Under the pieces are notes generated by a model, which was not told where the DNA came from, did no database searches, and worked only from the letters and a program-made list of their open reading frames with translations. A stretch of DNA of 64,000 nt from an uncultured Chthonomonadaceae bacterium. GTDB lineage: Bacteria; Armatimonadota; Chthonomonadetes; Chthonomonadales; Chthonomonadaceae. A program made the translations under genes and the position numbers. The stretch is from the NCBI GenBank assembly GCA_963817895.1, contig CAWFQB010000007.1:96001-160000 (forward strand), in the 5' to 3' direction. Positions 21,809-33,658 of this stretch are shown one piece after another; within the stretch, counting starts at the first letter, position 1, and the number at the start of each line of letters is the position of its first letter.

Positions 21809-23692
21809 ATGCTGCTCAAACGTCGCGATTTGCTGTTGGCTGCGCCCCTGCTGCTGGCCGGGGAACATTTGGATGCGCAGACATTTTCCGGTTTTGAGCG
21901 CATTTCGCTGCCGGACGACGAAAGCATTGCCGCGCATGTCGGCGTGTTTGCGCGTTTTGAGCAGTTCCGCCCACTGCGCGGACAGCGCGAAATGCGCCTG
22001 ACCGCCAACGTTCTGGCGTTTCCCGCGAACCTGTCCAATCCCTTTACGCCGGAAACCTTTACGACGCGCCTGCTTTCCCAGTTTGAGGTTCCTAATGAAG
22101 CGGGATGGGGGCAGTTCGGGCCAACGGGGGATACGTTCCGGCTGACGTTTGATATTACGGATGCGCGGATGCGGCTGGGCAGCGTGGTGGTTCGGGAATG
22201 GGAAAGCGGGCGCGTGGTGGGTTCGGTTCGGGCGCGGGGAGATGGGGCGCAGGTTCGAGGCGAAGTTGGCTGCGATTGGGACGCGAGTTTTTTCCTGCTG
22301 GAAGGCAAGGCTAAAACGGGCAAGCCTTTGTTCGCGCTGGGTGTTCAGCGCGGTTTTCCCGATTATGTTGTTTCCGTGTCGCTCGAAGGCGAGTTTCAGC
22401 CCCGGCGTCCTGCGTCCGTTCTGCTTCCCGGCATGAACGAATGTCCCGACGTTTCCGGGCTGGTGGGCCATGCTTATAATGACGACGCAAACGTCGCGCT
22501 GGCCGAAATGGGAGCCGGGGTCAGCCGCGCCTGCGCGGTTGCCGAACTGATCAATGACACCTTTCAAACGCAGCCATTCATGCCGCCCGCTTCTTTCCAG
22601 AATTTGCGCAGGTATCAGGCTGTCCGGCAGATTGCCGGGGCGGGACTGAATACCACGCGCCATCCGCCGGGTTTGCCGCCCGCGCTGACTGCCGCCGCCA
22701 CGAGCGCGAAACTGTTGGCGTTTGGGCGCGGAGATTTTGAGGCCGGGGTTCGCAATGCCGAATTGCCGCCCTTTTCGCGCGTAGTCATGCGCTGGTCGCC
22801 CGAACTGCATGGCCGCGTCCTCGGTGTGCTGCTGGTTCCTTACGAGCGCATCAAGCATACGCTCGACTTTTGGGATTTGCTGCGCCCAACGCTTTCAGAA
22901 GCGTTGGCGGCCCAAACCGGGCAATTCTCGCATTTGGCGGCCTTTACCGCGAACCGCCTGTTGCAAGAGCGCGTATGGCAGCAGCGTACCGGATTGATGC
23001 CGGGAGACGTGAGCGCGGGCGGCGAAAACTACGCGGTACAGGTTGTGGATCGTCAGGCCATTGTTCAGGCCGCGCCTATTTTGGAGGACGTACATTTTCA
23101 AGTGATGTCATACTTCGCGCCGCCGGGTGACGATTGGGAGGCCGAAGTGGTTGTCGAGAACGCGGGCGCGTATACCACGCCGCCTCCGCCAGGCAAAGCG
23201 GAGGGCGGCACAATCAAAATCGGGCCGAAGGGCGGGGTACTGGCGCTTGCCAAAGGGTACTCGTGGAGGGTCACAGGCCGAATCACGCATCCCGCTGGCT
23301 ATGGCAGCGAAACGCGCGTGATACGGACTCCCCCGGAAAACACAGTCATGCTTCCCGTGCCTCTTGAAGCTTTGTGGCATTTGAAAGTGGTTACAAACGG
23401 GCCACAGGGTTCTATCGCCGCCCGCGTTCTGCTGCGAACGCGGGATGGCAAGCCGGTTGCGGAACAAAACAGCGTTCTTGATACGAAAATGGGCATTTAC
23501 AGCGCGACATTTAACCTTGTGCCGCCAGGAATATACGCGCTGCAAGCGTTCGCGCCCGGCCTTCAGTCGCCGGAGTATATCAATACCGCTTCCATTGACA
23601 AAGAGAGCGTCGTTTCTCTCCCGCTTGTTCCCGCCCCGCCGCCAGAAAAAGCGCGAAAACCCAAAGCAGGAAATCGGCAGCCAAAACCTTAA
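21809..23692 (+). CDS. Hypothetical exported protein with C-terminal Ig/carboxypeptidase-regulatory-like folds
   Basis: 627-aa ORF, GGAGG RBS, KRRDLL Tat-like N-terminus, VPPGIYALQAFAPG. Confidence 0.6.
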   Translation: MLLKRRDLLLAAPLLLAGEHLDAQTFSGFERISLPDDESIAAHVGVFARFEQFRPLRGQREMRLTANVLAFPANLSNPFTPETFTTRLLSQFEVPNEAGWGQFGPTGDTFRLTFDITDARMRLGSVVVREWESGRVVGSVRARGDGAQVRGEVGCDWDASFFLLEGKAKTGKPLFALGVQRGFPDYVVSVSLEGEFQPRRPASVLLPGMNECPDVSGLVGHAYNDDANVALAEMGAGVSRACAVAELINDTFQTQPFMPPASFQNLRRYQAVRQIAGAGLNTTRHPPGLPPALTAAATSAKLLAFGRGDFEAGVRNAELPPFSRVVMRWSPELHGRVLGVLLVPYERIKHTLDFWDLLRPTLSEALAAQTGQFSHLAAFTANRLLQERVWQQRTGLMPGDVSAGGENYAVQVVDRQAIVQAAPILEDVHFQVMSYFAPPGDDWEAEVVVENAGAYTTPPPPGKAEGGTIKIGPKGGVLALAKGYSWRVTGRITHPAGYGSETRVIRTPPENTVMLPVPLEALWHLKVVTNGPQGSIAARVLLRTRDGKPVAEQNSVLDTKMGIYSATFNLVPPGIYALQAFAPGLQSPEYINTASIDKESVVSLPLVPAPPPEKARKPKAGNRQPKP

Positions 23693-23744
23693 ACAGCGCG
23701 TAACAGAATGCGCTTCTCAATTTCGCTGTTGACAGGAGAAAATT

Positions 23745-25877
23745 ATGCTGTTGCCCGTTTGTCTGTCCCTGATGCTGCTTGCGCAACCCGCCGGGACGCG
23801 CGACGCGCTGCTCAATCAAGCGACGGCGCATTGGAAACTGAACAATGCCGTTCCTTCCGACAAATACCCATTGCGAACGCAGGGGCAGATTGAACGCGAC
23901 GTGCCTACAGCAGAAACCGGCGTGAATGTCGGCGGCAAAGCGGTTCGCCTGACAAACGCCTATTTCGATGCGGGCAACGCCTTCAACCTCAATCCTGCCG
24001 CGCTGACCGTGTATCTGCGCGCCCGTGACCCGCGCGGACTGTGGAGTTACGGGCTGTTCAACAAGCGCGGCAGCCACGAGGTTGTGACGTTCAACCTGTT
24101 CAGCATAGACCTGCCGCCCACGCCCGGACCCGACATCGGCTTTGAACTGCATACCGAAGCGGGATTGGGCGCGGCCTTTTTTCCGGTTTCGCGTATCGCG
24201 CCCACCGCGTGGCACGATTTTGTCGGCAGCTACGACGGGCATTTCATCTCACTGTACTGCGACGGCAAACTCATGTCGCGCCGCGCCTGGTATGGCAAAC
24301 TCGCGCGTAACAACGAACCCATTATCATTGGCGCGGAAACCGATCACGGCCAGATCGTCCGGCCTTTTACGGGCGAAATGGAAGAGGCCGCGCTGTGGCC
24401 GTGCGCCCTTGATGCCAACGAACTCGCCACCCTGATGAAAAAGGAGAAAATCATGCCCGATGCCGAGTATGTCGCTCCCGTTGCGCCCCCGCCCTCGCCC
24501 GTGCATTACCGGCCCTCATTCGCCCGCCTTGCCGACACCATTCCGTTCTTCTGGAAGGGCGAGTACCACATCTTTTATCTTCGCGCCGTCGAGCATGTCC
24601 CCTGGGAACACATTGTTTCCAAAGATTTGATCCACTGGAAAGACCTGCCGACCGCCCTTGTCGCGGATGGCGCTTCCGACAGCCCGGACGGTTTTCACAT
24701 GTTTACGGGCAGCGTGATCGAGCATGACGGCACATTCCACATCTACTATACCGGCTGGAACCCCAATAATCCGCAGGGGCAGGAAACCATGATGCACGCG
24801 ACCAGTCCCGATTTAATCCATTGGACGAAGCGACCGGGGGACATGCTCAGACCGGATGGAACGCACTACGCCAACACCCGTTATGCTGATTTCCGCGACC
24901 CGTATTTGTTCCACAACCCAGATACGAACGATTTCATGATGTTCTTCTGTTCCGGGGCAAATACGGGAGTTGCTAGTTCGCCCGACCTGGTTCACTGGAC
25001 GCAGCAGCCGCCCATCGTTTCGGATTACACGGGATTGGGAACGCCGGAGTGTCCCGACACGTTTCAAATCGGCAAAACGCATTACCTCATTACCTCGCCG
25101 ACAAAGACAAACAGCACCATTGCCCGCCACTCGGCCAATTTGCTTGGCCCCTACCATGACCCCGTTTCACGCGAAATTGACACGCCGATTCTGTATGCCG
25201 CCAAACGCATGTACGACGGCAAGCGCCACATTCTGACCGGCTGGCTGCGCGATCTGGACGGCGGCACGGACACAGGCAGTTTCATGTGGGGCGGAACGCA
25301 GTCCATTCCCCGCGAAATTACCGCAGGCCCCGATGGACAACTGTTTTTCCACCCCATTCCGGCAGCGATTGCCGCCTACAAGCATCTTGATTGGAATTTA
25401 GACAAAACCTCTCCGCTCCTTCACGCGAACACCGGATGGCGGTATATTGACCAAAAATTGGAAGGTCTAGGCGGTATTGAAGTAGGGAGTTGCCAGATGA
25501 AAACGCCGCCCGATTATCTGCTGCAATGTAAGGTGAAACTGGATGCGGACAGCGTTTTCTCGCTCGGCTTTCGTGAAAAAGAGGAGGCCGGGACAGGCTA
25601 CCGCCTCACATTGCGCCCCGACAAGCAGGAAGCGGAAATCAGCAGCGCGAACTTCCACTACCCGCGCCGCATCCTGCTCGACGCTTCCAAACCTGTCACC
25701 ATCCAAGCGTTCGTGCAGGGCGACATCATTGAGTGCTTTATCAACAACGCCTTCGCCTTCAGTTGCCGCGCCTACAACACCCGTTCCGGCAGATTGGGGC
25801 TGCACATTTCTGGCGGCAAAGCGCAGGTGCAGGATTTGAGCGTGAAACTGTCCGATGTGAAACCGACTGCCCAATAA
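23745..25877 (+). CDS. Glycoside hydrolase family 32-like protein with N-terminal LamG domain
   Basis: LADTIPF...YHIFYL, SKDLIHW, FTGSVI, FRDPY, PECPD, C-terminal beta-sandwich (IIECFIN). Confidence 0.85.
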   Translation: MLLPVCLSLMLLAQPAGTRDALLNQATAHWKLNNAVPSDKYPLRTQGQIERDVPTAETGVNVGGKAVRLTNAYFDAGNAFNLNPAALTVYLRARDPRGLWSYGLFNKRGSHEVVTFNLFSIDLPPTPGPDIGFELHTEAGLGAAFFPVSRIAPTAWHDFVGSYDGHFISLYCDGKLMSRRAWYGKLARNNEPIIIGAETDHGQIVRPFTGEMEEAALWPCALDANELATLMKKEKIMPDAEYVAPVAPPPSPVHYRPSFARLADTIPFFWKGEYHIFYLRAVEHVPWEHIVSKDLIHWKDLPTALVADGASDSPDGFHMFTGSVIEHDGTFHIYYTGWNPNNPQGQETMMHATSPDLIHWTKRPGDMLRPDGTHYANTRYADFRDPYLFHNPDTNDFMMFFCSGANTGVASSPDLVHWTQQPPIVSDYTGLGTPECPDTFQIGKTHYLITSPTKTNSTIARHSANLLGPYHDPVSREIDTPILYAAKRMYDGKRHILTGWLRDLDGGTDTGSFMWGGTQSIPREITAGPDGQLFFHPIPAAIAAYKHLDWNLDKTSPLLHANTGWRYIDQKLEGLGGIEVGSCQMKTPPDYLLQCKVKLDADSVFSLGFREKEEAGTGYRLTLRPDKQEAEISSANFHYPRRILLDASKPVTIQAFVQGDIIECFINNAFAFSCRAYNTRSGRLGLHISGGKAQVQDLSVKLSDVKPTAQ

Positions 25878-25885
25878 CCTGTAAG

Positions 25886-25917
25886 TGCGCAAATGCTGCA
25901 TTTGCAGCAATTGCGCA
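25886..25917 (+). terminator. 32-bp near-perfect palindrome followed by T-rich run
   Basis: TGCGCAAATGCTGCA-TT-TGCAGCAATTGCGCA then tttt. Confidence 0.45.
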
Positions 25918-25957
25918 TTTTGTCTCCAACTATTTTGCTGTTTTGGAGAGGATAACC

Positions 25958-27645
25958 ATGAAGTTTTCAACCATACGAATGCGATACAGGCATGTTGTTC
26001 TGGCAGCCGGCAGTCTGCTATGCCTGTCGCTTTCGCAGGCCAAAGGCCAGAACAATATCTCCGCGCAGTCTCCTGTCTTACCTACTGTCGCCGTAACCTT
26101 CCAGGCGAAAAAGATGCCGATGGAAGAGATGCTGCGCGACCTGTCCGCCAGATACAACTTCAACTTCGTCATGTGCGAAGCGCCGCTGGCGCCAGGCGCA
26201 GACGCAGATATTACTTCTCGCTCGCTCTCGGAAAGTCTGGATGCTGTCTGCAAACCCTTTGACTTTCGCTGGAGCATCGGGCCGGACAATGTTGTACTGT
26301 TCGAGTGCAAGTACACCAAACTGACTGCAATGCCACCACTGACGCGCGGGGAAGTATTGGCGGTATTGGAAGATTTTCGGAATATCGCGAGTCCATTCCG
26401 CGCCGCGCAAGGGGATGATATCCAACTCGTCGAGCGGCATTTGACAGATTCACTGACACTGGAGCAGTGGCGCACACTTCGCGCCCGGTATGCCAGCAAG
26501 AACGGACTTGCATTTGAGGAACTGACCCCGGAGCAGCAGCACGACCTGATAGCCTACGTTACCAGCCAGGAGTTTGATTTCTTTGTCACTGATCCACAGC
26601 GCCTGACCTATCTGCAATGCCTGAAGGTGGAGGAGAGCGCGTTTGAGGTTCATGTTATAGCGCCCGGGGAAAAGAACCTGCTCGGTCGTGTGCGGAACGT
26701 GGATTTTATTGAGACGCGCTTCCATTATCGCGGGTCGGTAATGCAAGGCTTCGGCTGCGCAATCAACAAGCCTGATTTTATGACCAATGTGTAGACCTGC
26801 CCTCTTACCAGAGCGGCAGCGCGAAGGTAACGCTTCCGACAGCCATTGACCATGCGCCGCCCCTGGAAGCCTCTCGCGTTCATTTGTTCGCTGTCAATGC
26901 GTCGCTTCGCTCCATTACAACGAAACTGGCCGAGCAAACCGGCCAGAAGGTACAGGCCGACGATGCCATTGCCGACGCGCACGTCAGCCTTCGCCTGGAC
27001 GACGTTGCCCTGCCAACGGCTCTGGACGCGATTGCCAGGCCGCATGACTGGCGCTTCTTCAAGCAGGAAGATGGCGTTTGGAAGGTTGCCCGTAAGCGCC
27101 CCGGCGCGGTTCTTAATGTGATGGGTACGATAGCGGCGATGTCGCAGGCCTTGCCGCCCGCCGTGCGCCGCTACATGAAAATGGACAACATTCCACAGGA
27201 CCTCAGCCCGGACACGCAGGAACTGTTACAGCGTAACGGAAGGTGGAACTGGAAGCTGGCAGCGGCCATGTCCTCATCCCTGCGCCGCCTGTACGCTGGC
27301 AACCTCAAGCAGTACAGCAAAACGGATGTTCTGACCTGGAACGATCTGCCACGCGCCGCACAGACAGATTTGCTGAACTGCTTGTTATACGACACGCTTA
27401 AGGAATCGCGTCCACTATCGAAGGGAATGCCGGGCTATGTCGTCACGCCCGGAGCTGACATCATCATGTTCGGCAACAGCAGAATGGATTTGCTGAACCT
27501 TGAGGTTCGGGGACGCAACATGAACGGCACATTCAACAGCGGCATCACTCTGAACAACAAACTGTCTGAGGAGAAACTGACTGCGTTGCGCGCGGCGGGA
27601 CTCCTCAAAGACAAAGAGCCGAAAATTAACACCGGCGTACCCTAA
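25958..27645 (+). CDS. Secreted hypothetical protein with two STN/secretin-N-like segments, probably one gene with a frameshift at ~26778
   Basis: Signal peptide; VTFQAKKMPMEEMLRDL...SLDAVCKPFDFRW and NASLRSITTKL...ALDAIARPHDWRF; adding one T to the T4 run at ~26776-26779 fuses the two ORFs. Confidence 0.55.
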
Positions 27646-27774
27646 TATGAGCCGCGATGCAGATACTTTTCAGCTCGGCTTAATTACCATCCAACTTTTT
27701 ACAAGCCGGGTACAATGCCTCCCGCCTGCTGTGCCTCTTGCGCCGCAGGCGGGTTTTGCGTGTATACTAAAAAC

Positions 27775-29311
27775 ATGGGAAAATCGCGCCTGCTTTCACG
27801 CCAATTCTATACACAAATCTCATTACCCCTGTTTGTAAAAACGTCGGGCCAATTCGCGTTCATTCGCGTTCATTCGCGGCTATTTTCAAGCCTAAAACCG
27901 CGCGGCCAATGGCCGCTGTGCCTGCTGCCATTATCGCTATGCCTGCTGACCGGCTGCAAGCCCTCGCGCTCCGAAGCGATAGCGCCGCCGCCCGCCAAAA
28001 TCGCCGTCAAAGCGCCTTCCAAAGTTTCCACGCCCCCACCGGGAAACCAGACGGACGCCACCGCCAATCCCCTGCGCGTCCGTCCCGACTGTCCGATTCG
28101 TCTTGGCGGCGTGTTTCTGCGCGGGTTGAGCGACAATCCCGACGCGCAGGAGGATTCCGCGTCCAACGGAACGAAACTAACGGACACGAACCGCGATTGG
28201 GTTGCCGCGAATTGCGATGTAGCCGCGTTCAGCGCGGCGAATGTGCAGCCCGATACGTTCCGGCAGATGACGCGGGCGCACAGCCTGTTCACGCCCCTGC
28301 TGTATTTGTACGCTTCGTCGCTGTACGAGATGCCCGGAACATCGAGGGAATGTGGGCGGATGGCAGCCTGCAACCATGAGCGCGTGGACGCTGCGCGACC
28401 CGAACGGGCAGGAGGTTCCTCCCCCCGATAAGGGCGGTCACTGGATGGATTTCGGCAATGTGGATTGGGCCAGACACTGGAAAGTTCAGGCCAGTCGGCT
28501 TGTCGGGCAGTACGGGGCGCAGGGCGTGGTGGCGGGGGAACTGCCGATTGGCAATACGTTCGTGCCGGACGCGCTGCAAAAATACAAATCCAGCGAGGAT
28601 CGCCTGAACGCTACAACCCAATGGCTGCAAACGGCCCGTTCGCCGCGCCAGTTTCTGCTCGTGCCGTCTGCCATCGGTTTCGACGCCCTTGCCGGACACC
28701 CCACCCTGCCCACGCCTGCCGGAACCGAAGAGCCGGAACTGAAAGGCCGCGTGTGGGACGAACTGCTGCCTTTTATTAATGGCGCGTGGGCGGAAGGCTG
28801 GCTTTGCCCCTATTGGTCGGGCGAACCTTTGCCGAATAATCAGTGGGAACTTCACATTGAGGCGGCGGACCGGGCGGGGCGCAACGATCAGGTATTCATC
28901 GCCTGCGCCGCGTACCACGACGACAGCGAACTGGAATATATACTCGCGTCGTTCCTGCTGTCTTATCACCGGCAGGGGCGCGCGTGTTTGCAGCCGATGC
29001 CCCTGCGCGCGGGACAGCCGCCCGACGCGGGCTTCAGCCTCGCCGTATTTCGCAAAGAGGTCACGGAAAAGGCCAATTTTTTCAACCCGCCGCTCGGCGT
29101 CGCCAAACAGGAGCGACACCCCCTGCGCGTGGAGGGCGGCGACGTATGGCGGCGGCAGTTTCAGGGCGGCGATGTGTATGTCAACTCGGACGACTCGCGG
29201 GGCAAAACCCTGCGCTTCAGCGGCAACATGCGCCGTTTGAACGGCCAAGTCGTCCGCGAAGTGGAAATGGCCCCGCATACGGGCGTTATTTTGCTGAATA
29301 TGAAGCAATAG
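27775..29311 (+). CDS. Putative glycoside-hydrolase-like lipoprotein (GHL15-like), frameshift ~28340
   Basis: LLTGC lipobox; MDFGNVDWARHW; C-terminal GDVWRRQFQGGDVYVN; start uncertain. Confidence 0.55.
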
Positions 29312-29329
29312 GTTAATCTCGTCACACTT

Positions 29330-30295
29330 ATGACCACACAGCGTTACAATCTCGGTATAGACGGCGGCGGAACCAAGACGGTCGCCGTGATTCTGGACGC
29401 GAATGGCGGGGAGCGGGGGCGCGGCTATGGCGGACCCGGCAACCTCGTCAACACGTCTTCCGACATGCTGCGTCAGGCGATAACAGAGTCGGTGGGCGAG
29501 GCTTGCCATCAGGCGCAATTGCCCGGCGATACCCACTTTGGCGGAGCCTGCGCGGGCATGGCGGGCTACTCGGCGGAAGCGAAGCGCGAGGCGTTTGCGG
29601 GTCTGTTCCGCGAGATGGTTTCCGCCGAGGTTCACCTGGTCGAGCCGGATTTCAGCATCGCGTACTGGGGAGCCACGCACGGCGAACCGGGCATTGTCGT
29701 GATTGCGGGTACGGGCGCGGTCGCGTATGGCCGTAACGAGGCCGGGGAAACGCAGCGCGAGGATGGGCTGGGATTTCTGCTTGGGGACCGGGGCAGCGGG
29801 TTCAACCTGGGCCTGCGCATCCTGAAATACACGCTGGAACAGTGGAAGCAGGGGAAAACGGATACGCTCACGAAAGCGGTCGTCAAGCATACGGAAGCGC
29901 GTTCGCAGGAGCAGATTGTTCAATGGCTGTATGGCGATTTCAGTCCCGCCCGAGTGGCCTCGCTTGCCCCGCTTGTCGGACAACTGGCTGAAGACGGGGA
30001 TGTCGCGGCGCGGTGGCATGTGGCGGAAATGGCGCGGCGATTGCGCCATTCCGTGCGGCAAATCCGGCACAGACTGTGGCTGCCGCGCGAAACGCCCGTG
30101 TACCCACTCGGGGGGCTTTGGAATCTGGGCGCGTTTTTTCGGGCCGAGTTTTCCGACCCGCAATGGCACGGCGAAGGCGCGTTCCTGCTGGAACCGGAAC
30201 CCTTATCGGGTGGGCGCTTCACGCTCGCGCAGCCCAAAAGCGACGCCGCGTATGGCGCGGGACTGCAAGCGCAGCAATCAATCATTGAAGATTGA
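29330..30295 (+). CDS. BadF/BadG/BcrA/BcrD-type ATPase, N-acetylglucosamine-kinase-like
   Basis: GIDGGGTKT, VVIAGTG, GLGFLLGDRGSG. Confidence 0.9.
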   Translation: MTTQRYNLGIDGGGTKTVAVILDANGGERGRGYGGPGNLVNTSSDMLRQAITESVGEACHQAQLPGDTHFGGACAGMAGYSAEAKREAFAGLFREMVSAEVHLVEPDFSIAYWGATHGEPGIVVIAGTGAVAYGRNEAGETQREDGLGFLLGDRGSGFNLGLRILKYTLEQWKQGKTDTLTKAVVKHTEARSQEQIVQWLYGDFSPARVASLAPLVGQLAEDGDVAARWHVAEMARRLRHSVRQIRHRLWLPRETPVYPLGGLWNLGAFFRAEFSDPQWHGEGAFLLEPEPLSGGRFTLAQPKSDAAYGAGLQAQQSIIED

Positions 30296-30321
30296 CGATT
30301 GGCAATTGATGGTAACAATTC

Positions 30322-30391
30322 AGCCTCTTACCCTAATTTTAGAATAGCCCCTCTCCCAGGCTTTTTTGGGAGAGGGGTTGGGGTGAGGGCT
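30322..30391. repeat. REP-like CCCCTCTCCC...GGGAGAGGGGTTGGGGTGAGGG palindrome
   Basis: cccctctcccaggcttttttgggagaggggttggggtgagggct. Confidence 0.6.
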
Positions 30392-30418
30392 TCCATCTGT
30401 TTCAAGAAATATCAAGCA

Positions 30419-31351
30419 ATGCAAACCCGGAACACTCTTCCAATGTTGATTGTCCTGCTGTTGACGCAGGCGCAGGGCGTTCGCGCCGACGCGCGTTACG
30501 ATTGGGAAAGCCTTCTCAATACGCGCCGTATCGCCATTGTCGCGCCATTCTTCTGCACCGTTCCCCCGCCCGATCCTGCGCCAGCAATGGCCCTGACGCG
30601 CAAACCTACCGCCCGCGTGATCTGGCCCAAAACCGCCCCAGATGCTTTCACAGGCGGCAACCAGGCGCGACAGTCGGGAAACAGAGTGAATCCCCGGACG
30701 GCAAGAACCGCCACGAAAGCCACGCTTCAGCCCGCGCCCGTTCAGATTGACCCCGCGCCGCCGCAACCCAAAGCCTCGGTACCCGTCACGGAAGCGGACA
30801 AATCTTTTCATGCCCGGACGCTGCAAACTCTGACCGCAACCCTGAAAACTGCGCTGCCGGAAAGCATTGCCGCCGGCAGAACCTATCAGGTGATACCGGA
30901 TGGGGATGTTCAGGCGGCGTTGCGCAAATTGCGCTGGCAATCGCGCGACCTGTTTGCGTTGCAGGGCAAACCAACACAGGGCAAATTCCCGCCCCCTGAC
31001 ACAAAGCACATTCAGAAACTCGCTCAACTGCTGCATGTAGACGGGGTTATCGTATCCGCGATGCGCGAACCGGCAAGCGTCGGGGACGGCCTTCGCCTGC
31101 CATACGAATTATGGATGGTCAATCCCTTTGATTTTGGTGTTCGGCGGCGAACCGCACATGTGCTGTCGCCCCGCGTACAGGCGTTTCTCATCACCGCCGA
31201 CGGCAAAACCGCCTGGCAGGACGAACAGGCCGCCGATCATCCCCGTACCACGCCACGCACTCTCAACACGCTGCTTGTAGACTGGCAGGAAGCGACGGAA
31301 CAGGTGGCGCAGCAACTTGCCGACAGTCTCAACCGCCTGCCGCCCGGCTAA
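30419..31351 (+). CDS. Secreted hypothetical protein (CsgG/LpoB-like alpha/beta fold possible)
   Basis: Signal peptide ending VRA; RRIAIVAPF; LAQLLHVDGVIV. Confidence 0.55.
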   Translation: MQTRNTLPMLIVLLLTQAQGVRADARYDWESLLNTRRIAIVAPFFCTVPPPDPAPAMALTRKPTARVIWPKTAPDAFTGGNQARQSGNRVNPRTARTATKATLQPAPVQIDPAPPQPKASVPVTEADKSFHARTLQTLTATLKTALPESIAAGRTYQVIPDGDVQAALRKLRWQSRDLFALQGKPTQGKFPPPDTKHIQKLAQLLHVDGVIVSAMREPASVGDGLRLPYELWMVNPFDFGVRRRTAHVLSPRVQAFLITADGKTAWQDEQAADHPRTTPRTLNTLLVDWQEATEQVAQQLADSLNRLPPG

Positions 31352-31429
31352 TTGCGCCTATCCATATTTGAGTTGGGCATAAGTCGGGTGATCTGTATTA
31401 GCCAACGGATATGGGGGAATCCTCGCGTT

Positions 31430-33352
31430 TCAGAACCGTCCGCAGGGCGGCGCGGCAGTGACAGTAATGTTTCCCCTGCCCCCGGACGCGGCCAGCGTGA
31501 CCTGATTGCGGCCATTCTGCTTGGACAGATACAATGCTTTATCCGCCTCCTCAATCATCAGCGCGGGATCGGGCGTGGAGAGTTGCAGCGACGCGACACC
31601 CACGCTCACGGTAATTGCCCGTTGCTTCCACTCATGCCCCGCAATGGCTTCGCGAATACGCTCGGCCAGAATCAGCGCGCCTTCAGTGTCGGTTTCCGGC
31701 AGAACAATGACAAACTCCTCCCCGCCATAGCGAGCGACAAAATCCGTCGCCCGGGCTTCTGCTTGAAGCGCGGCGGACACCTGTTTCAACACCTCATCTC
31801 CCGCCGGGTGGCCGAACGTGTCATTGAACTGCTTGAACTTGTCCACATCGAGCAACAGCAAGGCAAGCGGCTTGTGATAGCGGCGGCTGCGCTCGAATTC
31901 CGCGGCCAGTTTCTCCTGAAAACTGCGGTGGTTTTTCAGCCCCGTCAATCCATCCGTTGTCGCCAGCGCCTGTAATTGCGCGTTTGCGGCTTCCAGTCTG
32001 GCGTTGGCGCAGGCGAGTTTGGCGTTGGCGGATTCCAGTTGCTCCTGCTGGTGTTTCGCTTCCGTACGGTCGCGAATGGTTCCAAACAACCGAATGGCTT
32101 TGCCCCCGGCGTCACATTCCGCCTGCCCGATGGCGTGAAACCAGCGCAGCGAGCCGTCGTTCATAATCCCGCGCAGATCAAATTCGTAGGGCGTTCCGTC
32201 CTGAATACACTTTTGAATGTGGGCATTATGCGTCGGCACATCGTCGGGATGGTAGCGCCGCGTCAGTTCCTCGTAGGTGGGCGCGGGCTGCAGGGGATCG
32301 AAATCGAACAGGCGAAACGTTTCCGCCGACCAGATAATTTGCCTGGAAGCGATGTCGAATTCCCAACTGCCTACATGGGCGATGCGCTGCGCTTCGGCAT
32401 ACCGCGCCTGACTGCGCAGTAATTCCTGTTCGGCAATTACGCGCTGTGTAATATCTACGGCGACGCCGCCCACGCAGGGCTGCCCGGACGCATCGGCAAG
32501 GGGAAACCTATAGACGGTCCAGGTACGCGCCTGACCGTCGGCGGTGGGTACGGTTTCGGTTGTTTCGAGCGGTTCGTCCCACGCGCGCACAATGTCATCA
32601 TTGTGTCGAACTTGTTCAGCAATCTCGGCGGGAAACCAATCGGCGTCCGTTGTCCCCCATATATCTTCCAATTCCACGTTGAAGTGCCGCTCGAAAGGCT
32701 TGTTGATATAGAGATAGCGCCCGCCCGCATCTTTGAGGAACGCGATCAGGGGGCTTGTGTTGATAAAGGCTTCGAACCGGGCGTGGCTGTGGCGCAGTTC
32801 CAGTTCGCTGTGCAGTCGCGCGGCCATAAGGCGGGCCTGGTCGCTGATTTTCTGCCGCAGTTCCAGTTGCGCGACGATCTGGCGCGAAAGAACCTGCAAG
32901 GCGTCTTTTTGAAGCGGCGTTAGTTCGCGCGGGATGCGGTCAATCACGCACAGGGTTCCCAATGCGTGGCCGGAAGCGGTACACAGGGGCGCCCCGGCGT
33001 AAAAGCGGATGTGCGGATCGGCAGTGACAAGAGGATTGTTGACAAAGCGCAAATCTTCCAACGCATTGGGAACGACAAGCACATCGGGCTGCATGATGGC
33101 ATGGGAGCAGAACGCGAGGTCGCGGTGTGTTTCCGTCGCGTCAAGGCCGACGCGCGCTTTGAACCATTGCCGCAACTCGTCGAGCAGGCTGACCAAGCTG
33201 ATGGGCGTCCCGCAGATGGCGGAGGCGAGGCGCGCGATATCGTCAAAGGCGTCTTCGGCGGGCGTGTCGAGAATGTCATAGCCGCGCAAAACATTCAGAC
33301 GCGCGGCTTCGTTGTCGGGTAAAGGAAAAGTCAAGATGCAAACCTCTTTCAA
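31430..33352 (-). CDS. Diguanylate cyclase (GAF-PAS-PAS-GGDEF)
   Basis: GAF (IRFYAGAPL), two PAS domains, [19 protein letters not shown], RxxD I-site, RYGGEEF. Confidence 0.95.
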   Translation of the reverse strand: MKEVCILTFPLPDNEAARLNVLRGYDILDTPAEDAFDDIARLASAICGTPISLVSLLDELRQWFKARVGLDATETHRDLAFCSHAIMQPDVLVVPNALEDLRFVNNPLVTADPHIRFYAGAPLCTASGHALGTLCVIDRIPRELTPLQKDALQVLSRQIVAQLELRQKISDQARLMAARLHSELELRHSHARFEAFINTSPLIAFLKDAGGRYLYINKPFERHFNVELEDIWGTTDADWFPAEIAEQVRHNDDIVRAWDEPLETTETVPTADGQARTWTVYRFPLADASGQPCVGGVAVDITQRVIAEQELLRSQARYAEAQRIAHVGSWEFDIASRQIIWSAETFRLFDFDPLQPAPTYEELTRRYHPDDVPTHNAHIQKCIQDGTPYEFDLRGIMNDGSLRWFHAIGQAECDAGGKAIRLFGTIRDRTEAKHQQEQLESANAKLACANARLEAANAQLQALATTDGLTGLKNHRSFQEKLAAEFERSRRYHKPLALLLLDVDKFKQFNDTFGHPAGDEVLKQVSAALQAEARATDFVARYGGEEFVIVLPETDTEGALILAERIREAIAGHEWKQRAITVSVGVASLQLSTPDPALMIEEADKALYLSKQNGRNQVTLAASGGRGNITVTAAPPCGRF

Positions 33353-33658
33353 ATTTTTGTATGCGCGACATGGCTACAGTGCAGAGGCGCATCAGGGCAA
33401 ATCTCCCTATCATCCGGCACATATTTGTCACTTTCAGGGGATTTTCGGCGCATATACCGGGTAACTTGAGAATTCGGCGCAATGATTTTCCAAACCACGC
33501 ATTTCTATAATCTACAGATCAAGAAGAGTTCTGCCCATGAGGTAAACTGATAAAACCTGCGCGAATGTCCGGCTGTAAATGGAGTGGCGTGGTAGTTTCG
33601 CGGGGATGCCGCTGAAAGGAACAGCGGGAAAAGTACAAAACAAAGGAGATTTTTCACG

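Noticed and set aside
28289..30169. 626-aa minus-strand ORF
   Set aside because: Shadow of the glycoside-hydrolase-like and BadF-like genes.
33480..33658. Riboswitch between the diguanylate cyclase and the cupin gene
   Set aside because: Only short hairpins (CCGCTG/CAGCGG); no recognisable aptamer consensus.
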